Positions 10,935 to 20,478 of a stretch of 64,000 bases of DNA are shown in pieces. The translations under genes were made by a program, and so were the position numbers. Location of the stretch: positions 17,474 to 81,473 of the forward strand of contig JAJRZQ010000038.1 of assembly GCA_024275165.1 (NCBI GenBank), written 5' to 3'. The notes below the pieces were generated by a model. That model was given only the letters and a program-made list of their open reading frames with translations. It was not told the DNA's origin and did not search any database. Numbering within the stretch: position 1 is the first letter of the stretch; each line of letters begins with the position of its first letter. The stretch is from a bacterium (GTDB lineage Bacteria > SAR324 > XYD2-FULL-50-16).

Positions 10935-12134
10935 ATGGAAAGCATTCCCCCCAAGGCAGATGGGCAGATGAGCTTGATCGCGCACCTTGACGAGCTGCGT
11001 GTGCGTTTGATGCGCTATTTGGTGGTGCTTTTTATTCTTCTTTTAGGGTGCTATGCCTTTCGCAAGGATATTTTAAATGTCCTGCGCGCGCCGGTGGAGG
11101 TACCCTTGCAAAAATACTCCGCCCAGCAACCCCTTGAAGGGGAAGGTTCCGCGACAAGCCCCGGTTTAGACCTCTCCGCCTTGGAATGTTCTTGTCTCCC
11201 CGCTTGGGAAAACAACCAATTGACCCCCGCGGTGAGCGCGGAGGCGCCGACCGAGGATGTCTCCCCTCCCCTTCCCCTAGCCGAGGGGGTCGCCAGCGGT
11301 CAAACAACTCAACCTAAGTCCGAGCTGGCTTGGTATGAGGGCCCCTTGCAGGAGATGAAAACCAGCTTTCGCGATTTTAAGGCCCTGTACCTATCAATAA
11401 CAGGGCGCGAAGAAGAGGCGGCCAACATGCTCAGTCCCAAAGAGGAGCTTGCCCCTCCTACGATGGTCGGGGCAGACCGGCAAGGAATACTCAGGTTAGA
11501 TTGCGCCTGCCGCCCCAAAAAAGGCAAAACCGCTCATATGGTTTATATTGGCTTGCCGGAACTCTTTTTTGCCCAAATGAAAACAGCGATCTATTCGGCA
11601 ATCTTTTTTTCCTTTCCCTTTTTGTTGATTGAGCTTTGGGGCTTTGTGGGCCCGGCGCTGTACCGTGGTGAAAAGGTCGTGTTTTGGGCTTTCGCGATTT
11701 TCAGCTACCTCTTTTTTACCCTGGGCAGTCTCTTTGGCTATTTTGTGGTTTTTCCCTTTGGTTTCGACTTTTTTCTAAGCTTGAGCCAGCCTGGTGAAAT
11801 TATGCCTAGTTTATCGGTAGGGGGATATCTCGATTTCACCCTAAAGCTGTTTTTGGCCTTTGGGATGATCTTTGAACTGCCCTTAGTGGTTTTTATTCTC
11901 AGTCGCTTAGGGATTGTGACCCCGGAATTGATGCTCAAGCAAATGCGCCTGGCCATGGTGACGATCTTAATCGCCAGCGCCGTGCTGACCCCCCCGGACC
12001 CCTTTACCATGTTGCTCATGGCGGCCCCCTTAACCCTGCTGTATTTGATCAGCATTGTCGTAAGCTTCCTAGCCGTGAATCGAAAAAAAGCCGCCTTGAG
12101 GGCGCAGGGTCTAAACCCTGAAGAATTCGGCTAG
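10935..12134 (+). CDS. tatC: Twin-arginine translocase TatC with a large insertion
   Basis: HLDELRVRL, WGFVGPALY, FELPLV and LTPPDPFT motifs; ~140 extra residues after TM1. Confidence 0.9.
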   Translation: MESIPPKADGQMSLIAHLDELRVRLMRYLVVLFILLLGCYAFRKDILNVLRAPVEVPLQKYSAQQPLEGEGSATSPGLDLSALECSCLPAWENNQLTPAVSAEAPTEDVSPPLPLAEGVASGQTTQPKSELAWYEGPLQEMKTSFRDFKALYLSITGREEEAANMLSPKEELAPPTMVGADRQGILRLDCACRPKKGKTAHMVYIGLPELFFAQMKTAIYSAIFFSFPFLLIELWGFVGPALYRGEKVVFWAFAIFSYLFFTLGSLFGYFVVFPFGFDFFLSLSQPGEIMPSLSVGGYLDFTLKLFLAFGMIFELPLVVFILSRLGIVTPELMLKQMRLAMVTILIASAVLTPPDPFTMLLMAAPLTLLYLISIVVSFLAVNRKKAALRAQGLNPEEFG

Positions 12135-12256
12135 GGTTAATGCCTGATATCCTGTTTTTTCTTGATCCTTATGGTTGTTTTGCCCATAATGTAACATGCA
12201 ATCAATTTGATTATTTGCAAAAATCTTGACTCAACGCCTCACTATAGGGTGCCTGG

Positions 12257-14554
12257 ATGAATGCCTCACTTCGTTTTAAAGCCATAACCACCTTTGGGCT
12301 GCTTATATTCTTAACCTTTGTCGGAGCGTTTATCGTTAAACAAAACTTCGACGAGATTGAAAAGACGGGGCAGTATATTAACCTGCTTGGTCGCCAATGC
12401 ATGCTCAGTCAAGCGCAAACCAAAAATGTTCTCGCTTATAAGGAAACGGGTGAGAGGCGGCTGCTGGAGAAATACAGAATCCTGCACCGGGTTTTTGACG
12501 AAACCCTAAACGCCTTTCGTAAGGGAGGGCCGGCTCCCTTGGGTTTGCAGGGCAACAAGAAGATCACCGTTCCTCGGTTCTCCCCGGAACTCGAAAAGAT
12601 CGCCCTCGAGATTGAGGTGGTGGGAAAGAGCTATAAGGCTATTGTAGAAACGCTTTTAGCCTATGATGAAGATATGGCGGGATATAATATCTTGGTATCT
12701 AAACTCGCCGGCGAATCGGATCGCTTGTTGGAAAGCAGCGCCAAGCTGGTGCAGAGGTACCAGAATCATGTTGATGAGCTCCACGCAAATATTCAAAATA
12801 TTCTTTTTTGCGTGTCCTTCCTCCTGGCGCTTATTTTAGGCGGCATGGGGTATTATCTGATCCGCCAGATTATTGCCCCTATTTTAAAGCTCTTAGCGAT
12901 GATCGAGAAGATGAGTCAAGGGAATTTAGAATGCCGTTCGCAGATCAAGCGCAAAGATGAAATCGGGCAAATCGCCGAGGCCATGGATAAGCTTGCGGAA
13001 AACCTAGATAATATCATTGGGCAGATCATCGGCAATGCCGAGACCAACAACTCGATGGGAATCGGTTTGGTAAATGTCAGTCAAGGGATGCAAACCGCGA
13101 CCGAAGAAATGACAAATATGTCCAATACCATCGCTACCGCTTCGGAGGAAATCTCCACCAATATGTCGACCGTCGCTAGCGCCTCAGAGCAGGTCAGCGC
13201 CAATGTAAGCACCATAACCAGCACGGTGGAAGAGCTTTCTGCCAATATGAACACGATTGCCGCTGCCGCGGAAGAGGCGAGCGTGAACATGAATGGGATT
13301 AGCGATAATGTCGCTTCGATCTCCTCTGAAATCACCGGCGTCATTATCCAATCGGTGAGCAGCTTGGCCGAGGCCTTAACAGACATCAACCAAAACACCG
13401 CGAAGGCGAGCCAAATTTCTTTAGAGGCCAATAAAGGCTCAGAAGAAAACCAAGCGGCAATGGAAAAATTAGGGGAAGTGGCCCAAGAGATCGGTCAGAT
13501 TCTCCAGCTCATCAACAACATCGCGAGTCAAACCAATATGCTGGCACTCAACGCCACCATTGAGGCAGCGAGTGCGGGTCAGGCCGGCAAGGGCTTTGCC
13601 GTGGTGGCGGGAGAGGTCAAGGAATTGGCCAAGCAAACCACAGAGGCCAATAACGAAATCGCCAATCAAATCGATCAGGTGCAAGAATATGTATCCAATG
13701 TGCAGCAGCGGGCGGCCTCGGTGTCTAAAGTTATTTTGCAGGTTTCCGACATCAACCAAAATATCTCCAGCTTAGTGGGGGAACAGAATCAAAGCGCGCA
13801 AAAGCTGGTTACCGCGGTGGATTCGGTTGCCCAGGCCGTCAAAAATTCGGCCCTCAATGTAGAAGAGGCCGCCAGCGGGATCAGCGAGATCACCCGCAGC
13901 ACCTCCGAGGCCAGTAAAGGGGCAAAGGACGCTTCCACCAATGTAGCCGAAGCGGCATCGGGAGTAAAGGAAATCGCCCGCAGCTCCGCCGAGATCGCAA
14001 CGGGGGTGCAGAACATCAATAAAAATATTCAATCCATGGATGTGGTCATCAGCCGTAATCGTACGCACATTGAAAACGCGACTGAATATATCAACACCTT
14101 CACCCAGTTGACCGATGCGATGAAAGGCTTAGTGCAGTTTTTTGCCCAGAACTCCAGCACTTTCTTTTATTGGACCGACCAATTGTTGATCCATCATCCT
14201 TTGGTGGATAAGCAGCATAAAATGATTGTTGACGGCATTAACGCTCTGTTTCGCTCCATCAACAACAAACCGGGGAGTCTCAGCTTAGAAAATACCATGG
14301 CTGATTTTTTTCAAGTAACGCTACAGCATTTTGAGGATGAGCAGAAAATCTTTTTGGCTTCGGATTACCCCCTCAAGGAGGAGCATTTAGAAAAGCATAC
14401 GGATATCATTGACCAGTTAAAGGGGTTTGACCAACGGATTCGAGCAGGAGAAAAGGGTTTTGAAAATGAGTTGCTCGACTTTTTGAAAGAATGGCTGCAG
14501 GTTCATATTATTTTAACGGATCGAGGTTATAAGGCCTTTATCAAACAGGGATGA
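12257..14554 (+). CDS. Methyl-accepting chemotaxis protein with C-terminal hemerythrin domain
   Basis: TM, then [12 protein letters not shown] (NarX/PilJ-like), TM, HAMP (DEIGQIA), [14 protein letters not shown]; hemerythrin ligands DKQH, HFEDE, HLEKH and HIILTD. Confidence 0.92.
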   Translation: MNASLRFKAITTFGLLIFLTFVGAFIVKQNFDEIEKTGQYINLLGRQCMLSQAQTKNVLAYKETGERRLLEKYRILHRVFDETLNAFRKGGPAPLGLQGNKKITVPRFSPELEKIALEIEVVGKSYKAIVETLLAYDEDMAGYNILVSKLAGESDRLLESSAKLVQRYQNHVDELHANIQNILFCVSFLLALILGGMGYYLIRQIIAPILKLLAMIEKMSQGNLECRSQIKRKDEIGQIAEAMDKLAENLDNIIGQIIGNAETNNSMGIGLVNVSQGMQTATEEMTNMSNTIATASEEISTNMSTVASASEQVSANVSTITSTVEELSANMNTIAAAAEEASVNMNGISDNVASISSEITGVIIQSVSSLAEALTDINQNTAKASQISLEANKGSEENQAAMEKLGEVAQEIGQILQLINNIASQTNMLALNATIEAASAGQAGKGFAVVAGEVKELAKQTTEANNEIANQIDQVQEYVSNVQQRAASVSKVILQVSDINQNISSLVGEQNQSAQKLVTAVDSVAQAVKNSALNVEEAASGISEITRSTSEASKGAKDASTNVAEAASGVKEIARSSAEIATGVQNINKNIQSMDVVISRNRTHIENATEYINTFTQLTDAMKGLVQFFAQNSSTFFYWTDQLLIHHPLVDKQHKMIVDGINALFRSINNKPGSLSLENTMADFFQVTLQHFEDEQKIFLASDYPLKEEHLEKHTDIIDQLKGFDQRIRAGEKGFENELLDFLKEWLQVHIILTDRGYKAFIKQG

Positions 14555-14568
14555 AGCAATAAATTTCT

Positions 14569-14814
14569 ATGTGGCAAAAACTGTTCCAACTCTTTCGTAG
14601 TCCTGGCTTGCGCTTTGCCTTGCGCCTTTTTGCCAGTCTAGCCAGCGCAATTTTGGTGGTCAGTGGTTTGATTCTCTTTCGTACCAAGAAAAGTGGGCAC
14701 CTAGAACGAGGGTTAGAGGAAGATGAACCCTTAGAGGGGGAAGTCATTGAAGCCGATGAAGAACCAAAAACCAAGGCCTCGGTTCATTTTCTTTTTCGCG
14801 CTAAAAAGCCTTAA
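14569..14814 (+). CDS. Small single-pass membrane protein
   Basis: 81 aa with one hydrophobic helix and an acidic tail; starts 14 bp after the MCP. Confidence 0.5.
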   Translation: MWQKLFQLFRSPGLRFALRLFASLASAILVVSGLILFRTKKSGHLERGLEEDEPLEGEVIEADEEPKTKASVHFLFRAKKP

Positions 14815-14823
14815 GGGTTTTTC

Positions 14824-15453
14824 TCAATCTTTTTTTTGATCCTCTAGAGCCTTCCAGTTGTAGCTTTTGCGATAAAAGGGGGGGAGTTCTCCTTTTTGTC
14901 GCAAATACCAGCGCACAAATTTCAAGGTCTGCCCATTGGCATAGCCCCCTCCCGCAATCGGCCCATATTCAGCCTGAAACGGTTCCAGCAGTTTGGCAAG
15001 TTGTTGATCCCGCGTTTCTTTCGCTAAGATGCTTGCCCCGGCAACCACGAAGAAATCTCGATCCGCGTGGTTGATTGCCTTGACCCCCGGCCTGATAAGG
15101 GGCCGGAACAGGGTCGCCCCGTCTAAGATCACTTCTTGAGCGGGCAGGGCTTGAATCAATTCTTGGGCTTTGATCTGCTCTAAAACATTCAACCCTGGGC
15201 CTGAGGCTACAAAGTGGTCGATTTCGATGGCATCCACCACGATGATTTGGTGCTGAAAATCGGCTTTGAGTTTTGCCGCAAGAGCGGCCCGCCGTTTTAG
15301 AGTCGTCGCGTTTTTGGCAAATAGCTTGGAGTCTTGAACCTCTAAGGCCTTGAATAAGGGGAGGTCGCTTTTATCAATACAAAGTCCCGCAAGCACCATG
15401 GGCCCTAAGAGGGGGCCGCGGCCTGCCTCGTCAATGCCTAATTGATCCATCAA
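14824..15453 (-). CDS. rnhB: Ribonuclease HII
   Basis: GIDEAGRGPLLGPM, DSK, LDG and ASILAK..RD motifs. Confidence 0.88.
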   Translation of the reverse strand: MMDQLGIDEAGRGPLLGPMVLAGLCIDKSDLPLFKALEVQDSKLFAKNATTLKRRAALAAKLKADFQHQIIVVDAIEIDHFVASGPGLNVLEQIKAQELIQALPAQEVILDGATLFRPLIRPGVKAINHADRDFFVVAGASILAKETRDQQLAKLLEPFQAEYGPIAGGGYANGQTLKFVRWYLRQKGELPPFYRKSYNWKALEDQKKD

Positions 15454-15965
15454 CCGCGAGCGAGTTTTTTTAAGCGAGTTTGGATCATCTTTCGCCTCAA
15501 GGGGGAAAGGTAGTCGATAAACAGCACCCCGTTGAGGTGGTCTAGTTCATGCTGAATACAAACGGCGGTCAACCCGGAGGCCTCTAAAACTTGCGGGTTC
15601 CCCTTTGCGTCTTGATATTGCACCTTGACCCAGTCGGAACGCTTCACTTCGGCCTTAAACTCAGGGATGGACAAGCAGCCTTCTTCCATCATGATTTCTC
15701 CCTTGGTTTCGATGATTTGAGGATTGGCAAAAAAGAGGGGTTTTTTTTTGCTTTCCGGTTCCTCTTTGTCGTATTGGATATCCATGATAAAAAAGCGCAA
15801 GTCGCTGCCCACCTGGGTTGCCGCCAGGCCAATTCCCGGCGCGTCGTACATGGTGTCGGCCATATCTTGGGCCAACTGGAGCAGCGACTCGTTAAACTGT
15901 TCAACAGGTCGGCACCGGGTTTTTAAAAAGGGGTTGGGGAAGGTCAATACTTCAAGGAGCGCCAT
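15450..15965 (-). CDS. def: Peptide deformylase
   Basis: GIGLAATQVG, EGCLS and QHELDHL motifs. Confidence 0.96.
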   Translation of the reverse strand: MALLEVLTFPNPFLKTRCRPVEQFNESLLQLAQDMADTMYDAPGIGLAATQVGSDLRFFIMDIQYDKEEPESKKKPLFFANPQIIETKGEIMMEEGCLSIPEFKAEVKRSDWVKVQYQDAKGNPQVLEASGLTAVCIQHELDHLNGVLFIDYLSPLRRKMIQTRLKKLARG

Positions 15966-16027
15966 AGTTTTTCCAAATCATTATAAAACTAATTTAGAAT
16001 AAGTCCTGTGGCTATTCTTGGCAAGAG

Positions 16028-16954
16028 CTAGGAGGGCACAAGGTGATAGTTTTGTCGAATATTATGCCCCACTCGACGAATGGACTGAGAAAGGGTTGAG
16101 TTCGGGGCGTAGAGCAAAGCGGGTTGGCGGCAGCGAATGGATTGCAACGCCGTGTTGTCTTGGTCAAGAAAGCCTACATAATCGATAAGGATTCCAAAAT
16201 ATTTTTGACAAGCTTGCTTCATCGAAAAGCCTAAACGAATATCGCTGGGGGTTCTGACTTGATTTAACAAAAGTTTTGGTTTGAAGGCGGCGATTTGATA
16301 TTTTAAGGTTTCCCCTGCTTGAGCGTTGATTTGAACGATTCGATTCAATAGCTCGGCCGGGGTTTTAGGATGGTCATCCCGCTTGACTTCCGTCAGTTTT
16401 TCTAAAAAGAGACGCACCTCAGGGTGACTGATCACATTTTTCAGTTTGCGGTAAAAAGCGGCTTTAACAAAGCGATAGGTGTTTTCAACACTGGTGGGCT
16501 CGGGTGCCGTTACTAAAATCCCGCTGGTGGCGATTAAAAACAGATCCAGGGTATAAGGGGCGACCCCGGCACCGAGGTCGATGACCACATGATCGAAATC
16601 CTTGAGGTTGAAAATCGCCTTGGTTAATTTATTTTGTTGGATCTGCTTGGGGTTGGCCATGCCCATGACATCATAAGCCCCGCTGGCGAGCATTAAGCCG
16701 GGGACCTCGGTCGGAATCAGAATTTCTTCCAGACTGAGATGATTGGAATTGATAAAGTCAGAAATCGAAATCTTGGAGTTATAGAGCCCAAAAAAGGTAT
16801 GGAGGTTGGCCCCTCCAAAGTCGGCGTCAATTAAAGCCACGCGGTGCCCCTTTTGGGCTAGGTCAATGGCTAGATTGGTCGAGATAAAACTTTTGCCGAC
16901 CCCACCCTTACCCCCGGCAATGGCCCAAATTCGTTTTTTTGCTAAATTCATCAT
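16028..16954 (-). CDS. MinD/FlhG(FleN)-like ATPase
   Basis: Deviant Walker A GGKGGVGKS, DADFGGANL, IDLGAG and PEPTS. Start placed at ATG 16954 rather than the upstream TTG. Confidence 0.85.
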   Translation of the reverse strand: MMNLAKKRIWAIAGGKGGVGKSFISTNLAIDLAQKGHRVALIDADFGGANLHTFFGLYNSKISISDFINSNHLSLEEILIPTEVPGLMLASGAYDVMGMANPKQIQQNKLTKAIFNLKDFDHVVIDLGAGVAPYTLDLFLIATSGILVTAPEPTSVENTYRFVKAAFYRKLKNVISHPEVRLFLEKLTEVKRDDHPKTPAELLNRIVQINAQAGETLKYQIAAFKPKLLLNQVRTPSDIRLGFSMKQACQKYFGILIDYVGFLDQDNTALQSIRCRQPALLYAPNSTLSQSIRRVGHNIRQNYHLVPS

Positions 16955-17116
16955 AATGTTGGCGACTTCCTTGTCAGGCCGATTCCCCAGCTCATAGCCG
17001 GGTTGCTTAGGCAATGCAAAAGAAAAGCCAAAAAAATAAAAAGGCCTTTTTTTTAAAACTTTAAGGACTTTGCTGGATCTAGTAAAAAAACAAACGATTT
17101 TTTTAACGCTAAAAAA

Positions 17117-19426
17117 TTAAGGGCGAATCTCTAAGAGGTGATCGGGTAAAATGGGACTTTTCAAGCGGTAGTTCAAGAGCCAAAGTTGGTGCGCCGCTCT
17201 GGTCGCTCCAATGTGCAAAAGATAGCGGTGATAGCTGTTGGGGGGGTAGTTGATCACATCCACATCCATCAAGGCGACATAATCGAATTCCAAGCCTTTG
17301 ACTTGGCGAATCTCGGTGATATCAATGCCCGGGGTGAAGGAAAAGTTTTCTTCTTCCACCAGCCGCAAACGAGGCACCTCCATGGGGGATAAAAGTTCAT
17401 AAAGAGCCTTGGCGGAGCCCTCATCGGGGGTGATTAGGGCGCAAGAGGCGTTGCCCTCTTTGAGCATCATGCTTTTTAAGGCCTGGGCCAAAAAGCGAAT
17501 CTGCTCGCCCTGATGGCGAAATTGGAACAACTCAACCGCAGGGCCGTGTCGGGTCGCGGCAAATTCATTTTCTTTGGTTAATTCCCCTAGCAAGTTAAAG
17601 GCAAATTCCATGATTTCAAAGGTGCTGCGATAGCTCACTTTGAGGCTGGATATCTTTTGTCCTTCCTGGCCGAGCAGATGAAAAAGAAAACCCCAATCCT
17701 TAAAGGCGTTGTAGCGAATCATTTGTTGGTTCACATCACCTGCGAAGGTGATGCTTAAAGGCTGACGCGCTACCTGAAGCATGACTTTCAATTCAATGGC
17801 GGCATAATCCTGCGCCTCGTCAATAAAAATATGGTGATAGCGGAGTTTTCCCCCCTTGGGGTTGGGGAGTTCTCCGGTTAATTGATGATAGAGGTAGAGT
17901 AAAATCGGGTCGTCTTCCGCATCGAGGTCTGGCCGCTCTTCCCCTACCGTATTTTCGGAGTCGCTCACTTTGCGCCTTTGATCCTCGAACCAGTTCTGCC
18001 GTTTGATGTATTGGTTTTTAATCCAGCGCATCGCCTCGGTGAGCTGCCCTGCTTGAATTTCTTCCACCTCGGCAAAGGCGTTTTGAATTAAGGTAAAGTC
18101 ACTGAAAAACTCATCCCAGAAATGAAGAGCCAAATGCCTGGGGTTGAGTTCCGGGTTGGCCGTTGCTTGGCAAAGGGCTTCTAAGCGGGCTCGGGTCGCT
18201 CCGCTTTGATTCCAGGCGACACCAAGCAAGCTGCGCCGCCCCTGGGCCCAATCCCAGACCCCCTTGAGGCGCGGGATCAAGGGCATTTGAGAAAGCTTCG
18301 CCAAGGCTAATTTTCCCTTTAAAATCGTTGCCAGGCCTTGGTTGAAACGATTGTCGATCTCGCTTAAATAGCTTTCCAAGGCCGCGGCTAAGGCAGGGTG
18401 TTTTTTGACCCGAATCGCGGCTGCCGGGGTTTCTGAACTCAGCGCCTTGGGCAAGAGGTTGCCAAAAATCTTGCAGCGAATTTGATGTGCCCAATTTTCG
18501 TAAAAGTCAATTTCCACCCCCTCTACCCCTAGACTGGGTAAGAGTTTGGAAATATAGGTCGCCAAGGCTTTATTAAAGACCAAAACCACCATTTTTTCAG
18601 CGGGAAAACGAGCCGGGTCTTGATGGTGCAGCCAAGCAACGCGGTGCAGGGCTACGGTTGTTTTGCCCGATCCGGCCGTGCCTTGAATCGCTAAGATTCC
18701 GGTTTCGGGGGCGGTGATTAAGTTAAATTGTTTGGGGTCAATGAGGCTTGTAATCTCAGGCAGGTAGCGATGCTTGCGCTGGCCCGCTCCCGTGCCGAAT
18801 TCGCCGGTTACAATGCGCTCGGGTCGGCTTGCCACCCCACTGCCGCCTTTAAATAGGCGTTGTTTTAAGATTTGTTTTTGCCAACCCAATTCTTTGTCTT
18901 TGCGGAGCTGCATCCCCCCTTGCTGGATTCCGACTAATTCCCCCAACAAGACTTGCAAACTGCGTTTGCATAGAATTTTTCCCTCTATAATCCGTTCCCC
19001 GATTTCTTCTTCATACTCATCCCCCTCGTCATAACGGAAGTATAATGCAGCGATGGGGCTGGATTTCCAATCTATAACCGCAATGCCCGAGGCATGGGTA
19101 AAGACTTCGGTGCCTAAGTAAAAATCCCTTTTTTTTTCTCCTTCTTGGGCGATCAGCCGGGCAAAATAGGGGTTCTCGATATCTAAGCCTTGCTGGCTGC
19201 GTTTTTCTTGCTGGTCGAGTAAAGCGGTTAAGCGGGTCATCTGTTCGGCCAGTTGAGAAAAGTCATCCTCATTAGCGCAATTTAGCTCTTCACGGAGATA
19301 AAAAAGCTGGTCTAAAAGTTCTTCTCGATTGTCGCTCGGTCTGGTTTTGCGAAAAACTTTCCGCAATTCTTCGAGTCTCGTTTCCTCTTCTAAAATCAAT
19401 TCCCGATCCGCTTGATTCAAGTGCAT
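17117..19426 (-). CDS. HelD-like SF1 helicase-fold ATPase (putative RNA polymerase recycling factor)
   Basis: NPYFARL and VIDW..PIAALY N-domain; QGTAGSGKTTVALHRVAWL, DEAQD, GDVNQ, SYRST and KGLEFD motifs. Confidence 0.8.
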   Translation of the reverse strand: MHLNQADRELILEEETRLEELRKVFRKTRPSDNREELLDQLFYLREELNCANEDDFSQLAEQMTRLTALLDQQEKRSQQGLDIENPYFARLIAQEGEKKRDFYLGTEVFTHASGIAVIDWKSSPIAALYFRYDEGDEYEEEIGERIIEGKILCKRSLQVLLGELVGIQQGGMQLRKDKELGWQKQILKQRLFKGGSGVASRPERIVTGEFGTGAGQRKHRYLPEITSLIDPKQFNLITAPETGILAIQGTAGSGKTTVALHRVAWLHHQDPARFPAEKMVVLVFNKALATYISKLLPSLGVEGVEIDFYENWAHQIRCKIFGNLLPKALSSETPAAAIRVKKHPALAAALESYLSEIDNRFNQGLATILKGKLALAKLSQMPLIPRLKGVWDWAQGRRSLLGVAWNQSGATRARLEALCQATANPELNPRHLALHFWDEFFSDFTLIQNAFAEVEEIQAGQLTEAMRWIKNQYIKRQNWFEDQRRKVSDSENTVGEERPDLDAEDDPILLYLYHQLTGELPNPKGGKLRYHHIFIDEAQDYAAIELKVMLQVARQPLSITFAGDVNQQMIRYNAFKDWGFLFHLLGQEGQKISSLKVSYRSTFEIMEFAFNLLGELTKENEFAATRHGPAVELFQFRHQGEQIRFLAQALKSMMLKEGNASCALITPDEGSAKALYELLSPMEVPRLRLVEEENFSFTPGIDITEIRQVKGLEFDYVALMDVDVINYPPNSYHRYLLHIGATRAAHQLWLLNYRLKSPILPDHLLEIRP

Positions 19427-20242
19427 TTAAAATTTCCGTTGGATTAAGATGCCTTGGGGGGTGAACCAAATTCCATATTTTCCCCTCAATTCATTCCAGG
19501 TTTGTGTTTGTTTCCAGTCTTTTTGTTTGTGCGCCGAATTCATTGCGCTGTAGATATTTCCCCCGTAAAAGAAGAGGGCAAAAAGCCCGAAACCCAGCCC
19601 TAAATCTTGTCGTTCAGCGGCCCAGGCCTCTTTAGCGGCAAAAGCAAAGGACAGGGTGAAAAAGGCGGCATAGCTGGCCTCTTGCCAACGGCCTAAATAA
19701 GCGCTCCCCATACCGGGAATCAAGGCGGATAAACCGCCTGCCAAAAGGGGAGAAGCCCCGGTAGGCTCAGGGAAGTTTTTTGCTTCAAGGGTAAATTTTT
19801 GAACTCGCGGCAGTTTGCTTTGCTCCAGCCAGGCTAGGCCTTTTTTTCTTTGTGCTTCGCGCAAGGGATAAGGGTCGGCGGGGCGTAAATCCAAATAGCA
19901 AAGTCCTAAAAGCAAGCGTTCTCGCTCTGTTAAGTTCGGTAAGGCTTCGAGGTAAGTAATCGCGGCTTGAACCTCACCGCCAGCGCGCCAGGCCCGCGCG
20001 ATATTCAAGCGTGCCCGGTCTGCTCGTTTCCCCTGGGGAAAATAAAACAAGAGTCGTTGGTATTCGCTAATCGCCCGATAATATTCCCCCTGATTGTATA
20101 ATTCTTGCCCATAGGAGAATAAATTTCCCTCCTGCAGGCGCAACTCCGCCCCTGTCAGCCAAAGGGGCGCAAAGAGCAATATAAAGAGGAGGCAGGATAA
20201 GCGCATGGCGAAGCGAAAAACATTAAAAAAATAGGGGATCAT
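19427..20242 (-). CDS. TPR-containing exported/membrane protein
   Basis: Signal-like N-terminus; YYRAISEYQRLLFYFP TPR (BamD-like); LSALIPGMG TM2-like motif. Abuts the helD-like start. Confidence 0.65.
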   Translation of the reverse strand: MIPYFFNVFRFAMRLSCLLFILLFAPLWLTGAELRLQEGNLFSYGQELYNQGEYYRAISEYQRLLFYFPQGKRADRARLNIARAWRAGGEVQAAITYLEALPNLTERERLLLGLCYLDLRPADPYPLREAQRKKGLAWLEQSKLPRVQKFTLEAKNFPEPTGASPLLAGGLSALIPGMGSAYLGRWQEASYAAFFTLSFAFAAKEAWAAERQDLGLGFGLFALFFYGGNIYSAMNSAHKQKDWKQTQTWNELRGKYGIWFTPQGILIQRKF

Positions 20243-20478
20243 TGCAACATAGCCTTTTCAAGGAGGCAAGAGCTAAGATGGGTCAGGTTGTTTTTTCCCC
20301 TTAGCAAAGAAGGGCAATTATGGTAATAATGAATAAGCCCATCCCAAGGTGTTTTTAGTTGTTTGGGCCGGGCAAAAAGAGCAATCAAGGCACAGGGTCG
20401 CTTGATTTTAGCAGGCAGTTTGGAGCCCTGAATACTCAGAGGTGGTTGCGCGTCAATCTAAATCCCCGCAAAGGAGCC

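Noticed and set aside
20359-20478. 40-aa N-terminal extension of PutA, or a riboswitch in its leader
   Set aside because: A strong AAGGAG precedes ATG 20479. The CAGGG/CCCTG pairing matches no riboswitch consensus I recognise.
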